64,000 bases of DNA from Kiritimatiellia bacterium (GTDB lineage: Bacteria > Verrucomicrobiota > Kiritimatiellia > RFP12 > DVOR01). Both the position numbers and the translations under genes were made by a program. Below are positions 18,903 to 28,861 of the stretch, one piece after another; the first letter of the stretch is position 1, and every line of letters starts with the position of its first letter. The notes under the pieces were generated by a model. The model searched no databases and was not told the origin of the DNA. It saw only the letters and a list, made by a program, of their open reading frames with translations. Location: the NCBI GenBank assembly GCA_017558005.1, contig JAFYWN010000023.1:1159-65158 (forward strand), given 5' to 3'.

Positions 18903-19500
18903 TGCAAAGACCGCCCTACTCTGCGCCTACACCTTGGCCAAAGCCAAACAGTACGCAGAAGCAGAAGCCCTCATCCTCTCCCATGAAGAACTCGCCAAGA
19001 CCCCCGAGGCGATCGACCTCTTGGCGCGTATGCGCTTAGAAGAAGGCGATGAAGCCGAAGCGCGTCGCTTGTGGCAGAGTATCCAAGCAGTCTATCCTGA
19101 ACACGCCCCCTCACGCACCGCGCTCAAACTCATCGGGAAGCGTCCATTCAAAATCGATTGGGTGAGCATCTTGTCGGTACTCGCATTGGTGCTCTTTTGC
19201 GTTGGCTTTTTCTTAGGTTCCTCCATCACGAAAGCCCCCCAACCGAACGTGACCACAGTCCAGTGGGACAAGATCCCCACGCAAGCGAAGTTGGATGCGT
19301 TGAGTGTTTACAAAGGAGGTGTGAAGCGTGTTTGCATTGCCTCGCACTTCTTCTCTGACCCCGACCGCATCTTTAGCCGTCAATTGCTCACCGAATACGT
19401 CGGGAAGGCTCTTGACCTTCCTGCTTCTGCGATTTTCATTGGCGAAGCACCCGAAGCCCTTGGGGAAGAAGCCATCACCGTGGATCTTTTACGTCAATGA
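18892..19500 (+). CDS. TPR-containing single-pass membrane protein
   Basis: TPR-like helices (YAEAEA...DLLARM...GDEAEARRLW), TM segment; GGAGG RBS. Confidence 0.7.
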   Translation: MANNAKTALLCAYTLAKAKQYAEAEALILSHEELAKTPEAIDLLARMRLEEGDEAEARRLWQSIQAVYPEHAPSRTALKLIGKRPFKIDWVSILSVLALVLFCVGFFLGSSITKAPQPNVTTVQWDKIPTQAKLDALSVYKGGVKRVCIASHFFSDPDRIFSRQLLTEYVGKALDLPASAIFIGEAPEALGEEAITVDLLRQ

Positions 19501-20312
19501 GTTCTCGCCGGAAGACTGCGCTTGTTTTAGGAAGTGGTGGCGCTCGCGGATGGGCGCACATCGGCGTAATTCGCGCCCTCAAGCGTATCGGCTTTGAACC
19601 CGACATCGTCACGGGCACAAGCATTGGTGCACTGATTGGCGCGATGGTTGCCGCCGATATCTTTGACGCCTTTGACCGCGAAGTTGCAACGATGTCCCCG
19701 GTGAAACTTGCCAAGTTCTTCACCGAAATTCACTTTCCACAGGCAGGGATTCTCTCAGGAAAACCCATCCTTGAGTGGTTGAAGCAGCCCCATCTCTTAG
19801 GAAATCGCACCTTTGCCGACCTCAAGAAACCCTTTGCGGCAGTGGCAACAGACCTCTATCGCGAACGCGCCGTTGTTCTATCCAGTGGCAACGTCGCAGA
19901 AGCGGTCCGCGCCTCCATCTCCATTCCTGGCGTCTTTGACCCCGTTGTTCGAGGGGATGCGGTATTAGTGGACGGTGGATTGGTCGACCCTGTCCCCATC
20001 AAGGCGGCACGCGCACTCGGCGCAGAGCGCATTATCGCAGTGGACATCAACACCCTTTTGCCAGAAGAAAAGGCCCCCATTGATGGAGAAGCCCCCGCGC
20101 TCCCCTCAATGGTCACTACACTCCTGCAAACCATGCGCATGATTGAAAACACAGGCTGTAGAGTGATGTTAGAGCGCGATGCGCCCGATTTACTCCTCCG
20201 CCCTGCGGCAGGCCATTTGCATACACTTGAATTTAATGCGGGCAAGTCCCTTATCTCCGCAGGCGAAGCAGCCGTTGTGGCGGCACAAAAAACATTGGAA
20301 TCTTGGTTATGA
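19497..20312 (+). CDS. Patatin-like phospholipase (RssA-like)
   Basis: GSGGARGWAHIG, GTSIG, ASISIPG, VDGG. Confidence 0.92.
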   Translation: MSSRRKTALVLGSGGARGWAHIGVIRALKRIGFEPDIVTGTSIGALIGAMVAADIFDAFDREVATMSPVKLAKFFTEIHFPQAGILSGKPILEWLKQPHLLGNRTFADLKKPFAAVATDLYRERAVVLSSGNVAEAVRASISIPGVFDPVVRGDAVLVDGGLVDPVPIKAARALGAERIIAVDINTLLPEEKAPIDGEAPALPSMVTTLLQTMRMIENTGCRVMLERDAPDLLLRPAAGHLHTLEFNAGKSLISAGEAAVVAAQKTLESWL

Positions 20313-21424
20313 GCCTCAAAGACTTTTTCATTTTGCACCGTGCACGTAAAGCCTTGAAGGATTTACGCACCGAATATCGCCTCCATGAGGACCTCTTGGA
20401 CACCAAGACGCGCGAAGCCTTAGACGAGCGCTTCTTGGATGCGAAGCAAGCCATCCGTGGAAAAGAGGTAGAAGATGTCATGGGCGTGATCGAGACCCTG
20501 CGCACCGAACTCGTGGAGGCCTTGCCTGCAAAGCGTTGCCCCTGGATGACAGAACTCCTCGACATCACCATTTCGGCACTTGCCGTGGCCTTCTGTTTCC
20601 GCGCCTACTACTACGAGCCCTTCCGAATCCCCACCGGCTCCATGCAGCCAACGCTCTACGGCATTCACTCCATCCCCGCCGACAAACCTGGCGCATGGGA
20701 TCAGCAACCCCTCAAATTCCTCAAGTGGTGTGCCACGGGCACCTCGTGGAAGGAGGTCACGGTGGCGCGTGGAGGCGTGGTCTCAGGCTTTATGCCATCG
20801 CCAAACCCAGGCTATGCAACTTTGGTCGTCAATGGACGCGACCGCTATGATTTGCCCGATGATGCGGCGCAAGCGCTTCGTTACACCCTCACCCCTGGCA
20901 CCCGCCTCCGCACAGGTCAGAAGCTCTGGAGTGGTTATGTCACCAGTGGCGACTTTCTCTTTGTGAATCGGTGGATTTGGAACTTTCGCCATCCGAAGTT
21001 GGGCGAGACCATTGTCTTCTCCACAGAAGGGCTCAAGGGCCTCCCCGATAACCAACACTACATCAAGCGCCTCTGCGGAAGGCCCGGGGATACCGTGGAA
21101 ATCAAGCCAGACTCCACGCACTTGTGGATTAATGGCGAAGCGGCGACCAAGCCTGAACGTTTGGCAGAAATTGCAGAAAAGCTCACGGCCTACCCTGGCG
21201 CGCCCGCCTATTTGGGTTACCAACAAGCCCAGCCTGGCGGCAGTTATCCCGAAACCTATTCGCGCTTTGACTTGGCCCCCGGCGAATATCTCGCCCTTGG
21301 TGACAACACGGGCAACAGCCTCGACAGCCGTTATTGGGGGAAAGTACCAGCCAAAAATCTCTTAGGCCCAGCAAGTTTCGTGCATTGGCCCTTTATTTCT
21401 CCGCGTTGGGGTGCCATTCGTTAA
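20309..21424 (+). CDS. lepB: Signal peptidase I
   Basis: IPTGSMQPTL, YIKRLCGRPGD, LGDNTGNSLDSRYWG. Confidence 0.92.
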   Translation: MSLKDFFILHRARKALKDLRTEYRLHEDLLDTKTREALDERFLDAKQAIRGKEVEDVMGVIETLRTELVEALPAKRCPWMTELLDITISALAVAFCFRAYYYEPFRIPTGSMQPTLYGIHSIPADKPGAWDQQPLKFLKWCATGTSWKEVTVARGGVVSGFMPSPNPGYATLVVNGRDRYDLPDDAAQALRYTLTPGTRLRTGQKLWSGYVTSGDFLFVNRWIWNFRHPKLGETIVFSTEGLKGLPDNQHYIKRLCGRPGDTVEIKPDSTHLWINGEAATKPERLAEIAEKLTAYPGAPAYLGYQQAQPGGSYPETYSRFDLAPGEYLALGDNTGNSLDSRYWGKVPAKNLLGPASFVHWPFISPRWGAIR

Positions 21425-21464
21425 CCCAATATGGTAAGATGTTAGTACGAGAAAGGAATTTCGT

Positions 21465-22637
21465 ATGAAGACTGCGTCCGAACCGTTACCACCAGCAGAT
21501 AGCTATGATGTCCTCGTCGTTGGCGCTGGCCTTTGGGGGTGCGTTGTTGCACGAGAATTAGCAGAAGCGGGAAATCGCGTTCTCGTCATTGAAGCACGTT
21601 CGCTCCCGGGTGGCAATGCTCGCAGCGCATTTGATCCCGCGACTGGCATCGAGTGTCACTGCTATGGCGCACACATCTTCCATACCTCCGATGAAACGGT
21701 GTGGCAATACATCACCCGTTTCGCCGCCTTTACCGACTATCGTCACCGTGTTTTGACCGAATACCAAGGCAAGGTCTACTCCATGCCACTCGGTCTCACG
21801 CTCATTAATGCCTTCTACAACACCAATCTCAAGCCCTCCGAAGTCCCCGCCTTCATCGCAGAAGAAGTGCGCAAGGCTGGCCTTGAGGGCGAACCGAAGA
21901 ACTTAGAAGAGCAGGCCATCTCCCTAATTGGCCGTCCCCTTTACGAAGCCTTCATTAAGGGTTACACCCAAAAGCAGTGGAATACCGACCCGAAGGATTT
22001 GCCCGCCTTTATCATTCGTCGCCTCCCTGTGCGCGCCAATTACAACACGGACTACTTCAATGATACGCACCAGGGCGTTCCTTTGAAGGGTTATGGTGCC
22101 ATCTTTGAGGCGCTGCTGGATCATCCCGCCATTCAGTTGCGTTGCAACACCGACTACCTCGCCCTTCGCGACACCTTCCCAGCCGACCTGCCCGTTTTCT
22201 ATAGCGGTCCGATTGATGCCCTCTTTGACTTCAAGTATGGCGCATTACCTTGGCGCGGCTTGAAGTTTGAGTGGGAGACCAAGCCCGTTCAGGATTGGCA
22301 AGGCACCACCGTGATGAACTACGCTGATGCAGAAATTCCCTACACGCGTATTCACGAATTTAAACACTTCCACCCAGAACGCAAGGGCGTCTTCGCCTCT
22401 GAAAAGACCATCATCTGCCGTGAATATCCTGCAGATTGGAAACTGGGCGACCTGCCTTACTACCCCGTAAACGCCGATAGCACCGCCGCCCTCCTCGCAA
22501 AGTATCGCGAAGAAGCCGCAACCCTCCCGAACGTGGTTATCGGTGGCCGTCTCGGCGAATACTGTTACTATGACATGGATAAGGTTATCGGACGTGCGCT
22601 TGAACAGGCACATGCATGGTTAGATGCCAAAAAGTAA
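21465..22637 (+). CDS. glf: UDP-galactopyranose mutase
   Basis: VGAGLWG, YGAHIFHT, YTQKQW, YTRIHEFKHF, PYYPVN, GRLGEYCYYDMD. Confidence 0.95.
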   Translation: MKTASEPLPPADSYDVLVVGAGLWGCVVARELAEAGNRVLVIEARSLPGGNARSAFDPATGIECHCYGAHIFHTSDETVWQYITRFAAFTDYRHRVLTEYQGKVYSMPLGLTLINAFYNTNLKPSEVPAFIAEEVRKAGLEGEPKNLEEQAISLIGRPLYEAFIKGYTQKQWNTDPKDLPAFIIRRLPVRANYNTDYFNDTHQGVPLKGYGAIFEALLDHPAIQLRCNTDYLALRDTFPADLPVFYSGPIDALFDFKYGALPWRGLKFEWETKPVQDWQGTTVMNYADAEIPYTRIHEFKHFHPERKGVFASEKTIICREYPADWKLGDLPYYPVNADSTAALLAKYREEAATLPNVVIGGRLGEYCYYDMDKVIGRALEQAHAWLDAKK

Positions 22638-22688
22638 AGCAGATCTGAGCCGAACTTGTTATACTGATCCCCTTCAGGAGATACAAAA

Positions 22689-23648
22689 ATGAAGTTGAAA
22701 TCCGTATTGTTGACCGCAAGCTGCGCCCTCTTAATCGCCTTTGCTGGTTGCGGAAAAGAAGATGCCGCCGAAGCCGCTCGTAAGGAACGTGCCGCCGCAT
22801 TGCGCGCCGAAGCACGCACCGCAGAAGCGCAGGGCAATATCACCGCCGCCGAAACGTTCTATCGCCAGCTCTTGGTCGTTGACCCCTCGGATGCCGCCGC
22901 CCACTTGAGCCTTGCCAACCTCTCGCATGACGCTCGCAAGAACTACTTGGACGCAATTTACCACTATCAGCGTTACCTTGACCTTGTCCCCGACTCGGAC
23001 AAGACCCAAATGGTCACCGATCGACTCGCCTCTGCTCGTACGCTCTTGGCAAACCAGATGGCCGCTGAAATCGTTGCACGCGAACAGCGTATCCTCACGG
23101 AAGAACGCGACACCTTGCAAGCCGAGGTAAACGAACAAAAGGCCGCCATTCGCAAGCTCGAAAACACCGTTGAGTCGCGCAACAATGATATTGAAGATTT
23201 GAAGGCTGAAATCAAGCGCCTCAATCGTTTGATTGACCAATTGAAGACGATTGAAGCCGAGTCTCGCGCCTCCCAGGCCGCCTTACTTGAACAAGCTCGC
23301 AAGGAACTCGAAGCTGAACGTTCGAAGCCCGACCTCTCTGGCACCGATGATCGCGTGAAGGCCGCTCGTGAAGAGGCCGATGCCATCCTCAATGAACCCG
23401 ATGGTGGCGCCTCTCGCATTGACACCGCGCTCCGCGCAAAGGCTGAAGGTGCGGGCGATGAAATCCCCGTCGCCGCTTCGCCCACCGCTGGCAAGCGTTA
23501 CCTCGTACGTCCGGGCGACCGTTACTCTTCGCTCGCACGTGAAGCATATGGTAATGCAGCCCTCTGGCCGCGCATTCGCGATGCAAACCGTTCCACGACC
23601 AACCCGGATGGCCGTTTGCTCGCAGGTGAAACCATCTTGATCCCCTAA
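22689..23648 (+). CDS. Lipoprotein with TPR, coiled coil and C-terminal LysM domain
   Basis: Lipobox FAGC; TPR; YLVRPGD...LA...YG...W...AN...L.AGETILIP. Confidence 0.85.
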   Translation: MKLKSVLLTASCALLIAFAGCGKEDAAEAARKERAAALRAEARTAEAQGNITAAETFYRQLLVVDPSDAAAHLSLANLSHDARKNYLDAIYHYQRYLDLVPDSDKTQMVTDRLASARTLLANQMAAEIVAREQRILTEERDTLQAEVNEQKAAIRKLENTVESRNNDIEDLKAEIKRLNRLIDQLKTIEAESRASQAALLEQARKELEAERSKPDLSGTDDRVKAAREEADAILNEPDGGASRIDTALRAKAEGAGDEIPVAASPTAGKRYLVRPGDRYSSLAREAYGNAALWPRIRDANRSTTNPDGRLLAGETILIP

Positions 23649-23711
23649 GATTGACCTATTTATCAGCGGGCGCACCTCCGTGCGTCCGCTTCTTTATCCC
23701 CATTTGCCGCT

Positions 23712-23978
23712 ATGCAACAGAAGAAGTATCGGAAATACGCTTTGCGCGAACATAGTTCTGACGCCTTTAGGTTACACACCGGCGACATTTCCGAAACATA
23801 TCCTGGCTTTTCCAATCGCAGACGCCGCACGGCATTAGCGCGCCTCTTGGGGGCCGGCGGCACGCATGATACACGAAATGACCCGACCGCCTTTCCCCTT
23901 CGACGGTCATGGCATCGCTTCTGCTTTGTACTCATCGTGCTAACCCTTATTTGGTTGCTCGGCTTTTTCCTTCCCTAA
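23712..23978 (+). CDS. Small hypothetical protein with C-terminal TM helix
   Basis: Fills the gap between operon genes; hydrophobic C-terminus. Confidence 0.5.
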   Translation: MQQKKYRKYALREHSSDAFRLHTGDISETYPGFSNRRRRTALARLLGAGGTHDTRNDPTAFPLRRSWHRFCFVLIVLTLIWLLGFFLP

Positions 23979-24003
23979 TCGTCCCTTTCACGGAGGACTC
24001 GGC

Positions 24004-25170
24004 ATGCTCAACACCCCCGCCTTCGTCGTGGATACACTTGCCCTAACGCGTAATGCCGCCATTTTGCGCGAGGTCGCAGAACGTTCTGGCGCCCGTATGT
24101 TGCTTGCATTAAAGGCATTTTCCATGCCTGCGGCCGCGCCCTATCTTTACTTTGAGGGCACTTGCGCCAGTAGCGTCCACGAAGCAATGCTCGGCATGGA
24201 AGCCTTTGGTGGTGAACAGCATGCCTTTGCAGCCGCCTTCTCTGAAGCCGACATGCGCGCCTTGATGCAGTTAGGCATCCACCACGTCACGCTCAATTCC
24301 TTTGCCCAGCTTCGCCAATGGCGTCGCATTGCCGCAGAACTTGGCCACACCTCCACCCAAATCGGACTGCGCATTAACCCCGAACACTCCGAGGGGCAAG
24401 TTCCCATTTACGACCCTTGCGCCCCTCACTCGCGTCTCGGCATTCGAAAAGTAGCCTTTGAGGGCGAAGACTTGAGCGACATCTCGGGCCTGCATTGCCA
24501 CAATTTGTGCGAACAGAATGCCGACTGCTTTGCCCGCACATTGAAAGCGATTGAGGAAAAATTTGGCGATCTCCTGCCCCAGATTAAGTGGTTTAACTTT
24601 GGCGGCGGGCACCATATCACCCGCGATGATTACGACCGCGAGCTCCTCATTTCCACGCTCCAAGAGTTCCACAAGCGCTATCCGCACATTACGTACTACC
24701 TTGAGCCTGGCGAAGCGCATGTGCTCAATGCAGGCACCTTCGTTTGTCGCGTCTTAGATGTCGTAGAGAATGCGGGGCCCATTGCGATCTTGGATGGTTC
24801 GGCGGCATGCCACACCCCAGACGTTATTGAGATGCCCTACACCCCGCGTGTCTTCACCGATCCGCACTGGAGCGGCGAATCTATGCCGAGCCCCACCGCC
24901 CTTCGCGCCGGCCAACCCGGCGAACACGCCATTGACGTGCGCCTCGCAGGGCCGAGTTGCCTCGCGGGCGATTGCTTCGGGGACTACTCCTTTGACCGCG
25001 TGCCCGCCCCTGGCGACCTCCTCTACTTTGAAGACATGGCGCTCTACACCATGGTAAAGACCAACACCTTCAATGGCATTCACCTCCCCGACCTTGTGCT
25101 CCGCACTGCGCCAAAAACTTTTAAAGTTGTCCGCACCTTCGGCTACGAGGACTTCCGCTCGCGCCTCTAA
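24004..25170 (+). CDS. nspC: Carboxynorspermidine decarboxylase
   Basis: LLALKAFS, YDPCAPHSRLG, HNLCEQ, GGGHHIT, CLAGD, YTMVKTNTFNG. Confidence 0.95.
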   Translation: MLNTPAFVVDTLALTRNAAILREVAERSGARMLLALKAFSMPAAAPYLYFEGTCASSVHEAMLGMEAFGGEQHAFAAAFSEADMRALMQLGIHHVTLNSFAQLRQWRRIAAELGHTSTQIGLRINPEHSEGQVPIYDPCAPHSRLGIRKVAFEGEDLSDISGLHCHNLCEQNADCFARTLKAIEEKFGDLLPQIKWFNFGGGHHITRDDYDRELLISTLQEFHKRYPHITYYLEPGEAHVLNAGTFVCRVLDVVENAGPIAILDGSAACHTPDVIEMPYTPRVFTDPHWSGESMPSPTALRAGQPGEHAIDVRLAGPSCLAGDCFGDYSFDRVPAPGDLLYFEDMALYTMVKTNTFNGIHLPDLVLRTAPKTFKVVRTFGYEDFRSRL

Positions 25171-25273
25171 GCCCCGAACGCCCACGTCTGATTCGCTGTA
25201 TCACCGCGTCAACAAAGAGAAGAACGACGACTTTTACCTTGACGGCAACGCCTCTTTTTGTCACACTGCTCCT

Positions 25274-25660
25274 ATGACTTTGATTGCAAAAGTATTCCAA
25301 TCCCTCCAGACGATGACGGCACACGTCATCGCGGTGGCATTGGTTTTGCTTTCGCTCTTTAGTGCAGTTCATGTCCACCATTGCCATGGAGCAACTGACG
25401 TCTGCACGCACCACCAGGAGACTTGTTGCCACGCCGCTGAAGAAGTCTGCCACCACGAGACAACGCTTGCCTGCGCACCCTTAATGCAAGAAGTGCAATC
25501 ATTGCAACGCGTGCAACCGCCCACTGTCCCAACTTTAACTCCCCCACAGGTGCATTGTGCGACCTCCATCTCGTTGATTCGCCTCGCGCCCTCCACCTCC
25601 CCGCCCCGTGTAGCGAGTGATTACCTCGCCTATTCATCACGGCTCTATCCACGCACATAA
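25274..25660 (+). CDS. His/Cys-rich exported leader protein upstream of RND efflux (DUF2946-like)
   Basis: Hydrophobic N-terminus, HVHHCH...CTHH..TCCH..CHH, Pro-rich C-terminus with SPP. Confidence 0.55.
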   Translation: MTLIAKVFQSLQTMTAHVIAVALVLLSLFSAVHVHHCHGATDVCTHHQETCCHAAEEVCHHETTLACAPLMQEVQSLQRVQPPTVPTLTPPQVHCATSISLIRLAPSTSPPRVASDYLAYSSRLYPRT

Positions 25661-25753
25661 GTCAGTCTACCGCACCCGAAGTTCGGTCTGCGGAGGGTTT
25701 CATCTTACATGCGGTTATCACAACCGCCAACCCGATTGATTGCTGACTTATTC

Positions 25754-28700
25754 ATGAGAAGTTTATTCAATTTTATCGTCCGTAATCCAAAGAGTGTGAT
25801 TGCGGTAATCCTCTTAATCGCGGGACTTGGCTGTGTCTTTTGGCAACGCCTCGCCGTGGACGTTTTCCCTGATATTTCTGTACCGCGTGTCACGATTCAA
25901 ACCGAAGCAGGCGCACTTACCGCCGAAGAGGTGGAGCAACTCGTAACCATTCCGATCGAAGCCGCCGTTAATGGCATCCCTGGCGTGACCACGGTACGTT
26001 CAAGCTCCAGTGGCGGACTCTCCTTTGTCTGGGTGGACTTTGACTGGAATGAACCGCTTTCGCGGGCTCGATTTAATGTCTTTGAGCGTCTTTCACGTGT
26101 GCAGGCCATCCTCCCAGAAGAAGCCGAGACGGAAATTGCGCCTGAAGTTTCAGTCACTGGCGAAATCATGTTGGTCGCACTCACGGCGAAACCAGGCGGC
26201 CTCTCTCCCTTCGAATTGCGCGAAATGGCAGAGTATGATCTACGCACGCGCCTCTTAGCCATCCCTGGCATCGGTGAAGTTGTGGTCATTGGTGGTCAAC
26301 TGCCAGAGTACAGAGTCACCGCAGACCCAACCGTTTTAGCCACCTTTGGCCTCACCTTTTCAGATGTCGTCGCGGCAGCAAGTGATTCGCGCACCTACTT
26401 AAGTGCGGGCTACTTGCCCCACGTCGCCGGCGAAGAGATTCCCCTCCGTCAACTTGCTCGTGCCGACACCTTAGCCGCCATTAAGGCTGCCGCGGTTCCC
26501 ACCGCCGAAGGCGTTGGGGTGCGCTTAGGAGATGTCACAGACATCTCGCTCGCAGGCATGCCGCGCAGAGGAAGTGCCTCCTTTAATGGTAAAGATGCCG
26601 TCATCCTCTCCATTCAGAAGGCACCTGGCGGCAATACGCTCGCATTAACCGATCAGATTGATGCCGCCTTAACCGCCTTTGCGGCAGAAACAAAGCAACA
26701 CATTGACGTCCACCCCGACGCTTACCGCCAGAAGGATTTCATTGCTGCGTCCGTTCACGGCGGTAGTTTGGTCTTACGCGATGCCGTGATTGTGGTGATT
26801 GGCGTTCTCCTCATCACCCTACTTGAGCTACGCACCATTCTCATTGTCCTGCTCACAATGCCGCTCTCCATCTTGGCAGGCTTGACCCTCTTCCCGCTCT
26901 TCGGCCTGGGCGTCAACGTTATGACCTTGGGCGGATTCGCGGTGGCGGCAGGAGATATCGTGGATGCCGCCATTATCTTCACCGAAGCCATCCGAAGAAA
27001 ACTCGGCGAAAATGCCGCGCTTGATGAGTCAAGCCGTCGCCCCGTTACGCAAGTGATTGTCGATGCGGCATGCTCGGTTGCGCCAGGCGTGCTCTTCTCC
27101 ACCTTCATTGTGATGTTGGTCTTCACGCCGCTACTATTGCTCTCAGGCCTTGAAGGACGTTTTTTCCGCCCCTTGGCCCTCTCCTACCTCTGCGTCTTTG
27201 CGATGTCATTGGTTTGCGCATGGTGCGTGGTGCCTGCATTAGCAAAACTCTTTCGCATTGGGGTGCGCCCCAAACGAGCGAAAAAGCCCACCCAATCCAC
27301 CTCGCTTGGCGTACGGGTCTTACGCGGACTCTATCGTCCATTCCTCTCCTTAACTCTGCGCCTCCCCAAAACCATGCTTCTTCTGTCTCTCATTGGGACG
27401 GGCTTTGCGATTTACACCGCCATGAGTTTTGGCACAAGCTTCCTCCCTCCCTTCCGAGAAGATGCCTTTAATGTGATGGTGTCACTTCCGCCTGGAGCCT
27501 CATTGGAGGAGACCGAACGTCTCTCCGAAGCGTGCGTCCCCGCCTTGACGACCCCCGCAATCCCAGGCATCCTCTCCATCGCACGGCGCACGGGTCGTGC
27601 CGAACGTGACCAACATGCCGAACCCGTCTCCAGCTCTGAATTTGTTGTTCGCGTGGATTTAGCCTCCGACACGGGGGCGATTCGCGATGAAATCCGTGCG
27701 CGTCTCTCTGCGCTTCCTGGCTGTGCCGTCGTTGTGGGTTATCCCATCGCCCACCGCATTAGCGCCGTCCTCTCGGGCACCGAAGCAGAACTCGCCGTCA
27801 ATGTCTACGGAGAGGATATCGCCACCTTACGCGAAGTCGTGGCAAAGATGAAGCAACAGATGGAGCAGTTGCCCGAAATCGCTGACGTAAGAGCTAATCG
27901 TGAAATCACCGTGCGCACCTTACGCATTGATTATGACACCGAGGCCCTCCTTGAGGCTGGTCTCACCCTACGTGAAGCAGGCGAACAAGTTGCCGCCGCC
28001 TTTAATGGCCTTGTTGTCGGCGAAGTCCGCAATGGCATTCGGAGACGTTCGGTTACGGTGCGCTTAGCCGCCGACTCCCTCTCGGACCCCGATGCGGTTA
28101 AGGCGCTCATCCTCTCCTCTTCCACGGGTAAATTCGTCCGCTTGGACCAAGTGGCCCAAGTGGTCCCAGAGGACGCCTCTAATTTGATGTTGCGCGAAGG
28201 TGGCCGCCGTAAGGCATTAATTTCCTGCAACCCCGCACCAAATATTGACACCGGCAAGGTCGTCGAACGGCTCCGTGAAACCCTCTCGCCGATTGCCGCA
28301 GAGGCGGGGTGTACCCTCTCCTTCGGCGGCAGTTATCAAGCACGCGAAAGTGCTACAAACCGTTTAACCCTCCTTGGCATCGGCCTTCTTGTGGCAATTG
28401 GATTCATCCTTGTGGTGGCTTTAGGCTCTGCCAAGGCGGCACTCATTGCATTGATCAACGTGCCATTGAGTTTAATGGGGGCCGTGCTGGCAGTGTGGTT
28501 GGCCGAACCCGTCTTATCGGTCTCCTCATTGGTCGGCTTTGTCACCGTCATCGGCTTTGTTTTGCGCAACGGCATCCTGCTCATCAATAGTTATCACGAA
28601 CGTCTAAACAATGGCGAAAGCCTTGAAACCGCCATCCGTCAAGGTTCGGAAGAGCGCATGGTTCCCATCGTGATGACCTCGCTCACCACGGTAATCGGCT

Positions 28701-28861
28701 TAATCCCCATCATGTTGGCAGGCGAAAAACCCGGAGGCGAACTCCTTGCTCCGCTCGCCATTGTTCAATTTGGTGGTCTTTTGGGCGCAATGTGCCTCAA
28801 CCTTTTAATCCTCCCCGCGGCCGTTCGCATCTTCGGTCTTGAAGCGAAAGGAATCAAATGA
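25754..28861 (+). CDS. Heavy-metal efflux RND transporter (CusA/CzcA family)
   Basis: VDVFPDI...QTEA...AEEVEQLVT, NVMTLGG, ERMVPIVMT, GGELLAPLA. Confidence 0.92.
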   Translation: MRSLFNFIVRNPKSVIAVILLIAGLGCVFWQRLAVDVFPDISVPRVTIQTEAGALTAEEVEQLVTIPIEAAVNGIPGVTTVRSSSSGGLSFVWVDFDWNEPLSRARFNVFERLSRVQAILPEEAETEIAPEVSVTGEIMLVALTAKPGGLSPFELREMAEYDLRTRLLAIPGIGEVVVIGGQLPEYRVTADPTVLATFGLTFSDVVAAASDSRTYLSAGYLPHVAGEEIPLRQLARADTLAAIKAAAVPTAEGVGVRLGDVTDISLAGMPRRGSASFNGKDAVILSIQKAPGGNTLALTDQIDAALTAFAAETKQHIDVHPDAYRQKDFIAASVHGGSLVLRDAVIVVIGVLLITLLELRTILIVLLTMPLSILAGLTLFPLFGLGVNVMTLGGFAVAAGDIVDAAIIFTEAIRRKLGENAALDESSRRPVTQVIVDAACSVAPGVLFSTFIVMLVFTPLLLLSGLEGRFFRPLALSYLCVFAMSLVCAWCVVPALAKLFRIGVRPKRAKKPTQSTSLGVRVLRGLYRPFLSLTLRLPKTMLLLSLIGTGFAIYTAMSFGTSFLPPFREDAFNVMVSLPPGASLEETERLSEACVPALTTPAIPGILSIARRTGRAERDQHAEPVSSSEFVVRVDLASDTGAIRDEIRARLSALPGCAVVVGYPIAHRISAVLSGTEAELAVNVYGEDIATLREVVAKMKQQMEQLPEIADVRANREITVRTLRIDYDTEALLEAGLTLREAGEQVAAAFNGLVVGEVRNGIRRRSVTVRLAADSLSDPDAVKALILSSSTGKFVRLDQVAQVVPEDASNLMLREGGRRKALISCNPAPNIDTGKVVERLRETLSPIAAEAGCTLSFGGSYQARESATNRLTLLGIGLLVAIGFILVVALGSAKAALIALINVPLSLMGAVLAVWLAEPVLSVSSLVGFVTVIGFVLRNGILLINSYHERLNNGESLETAIRQGSEERMVPIVMTSLTTVIGLIPIMLAGEKPGGELLAPLAIVQFGGLLGAMCLNLLILPAAVRIFGLEAKGIK

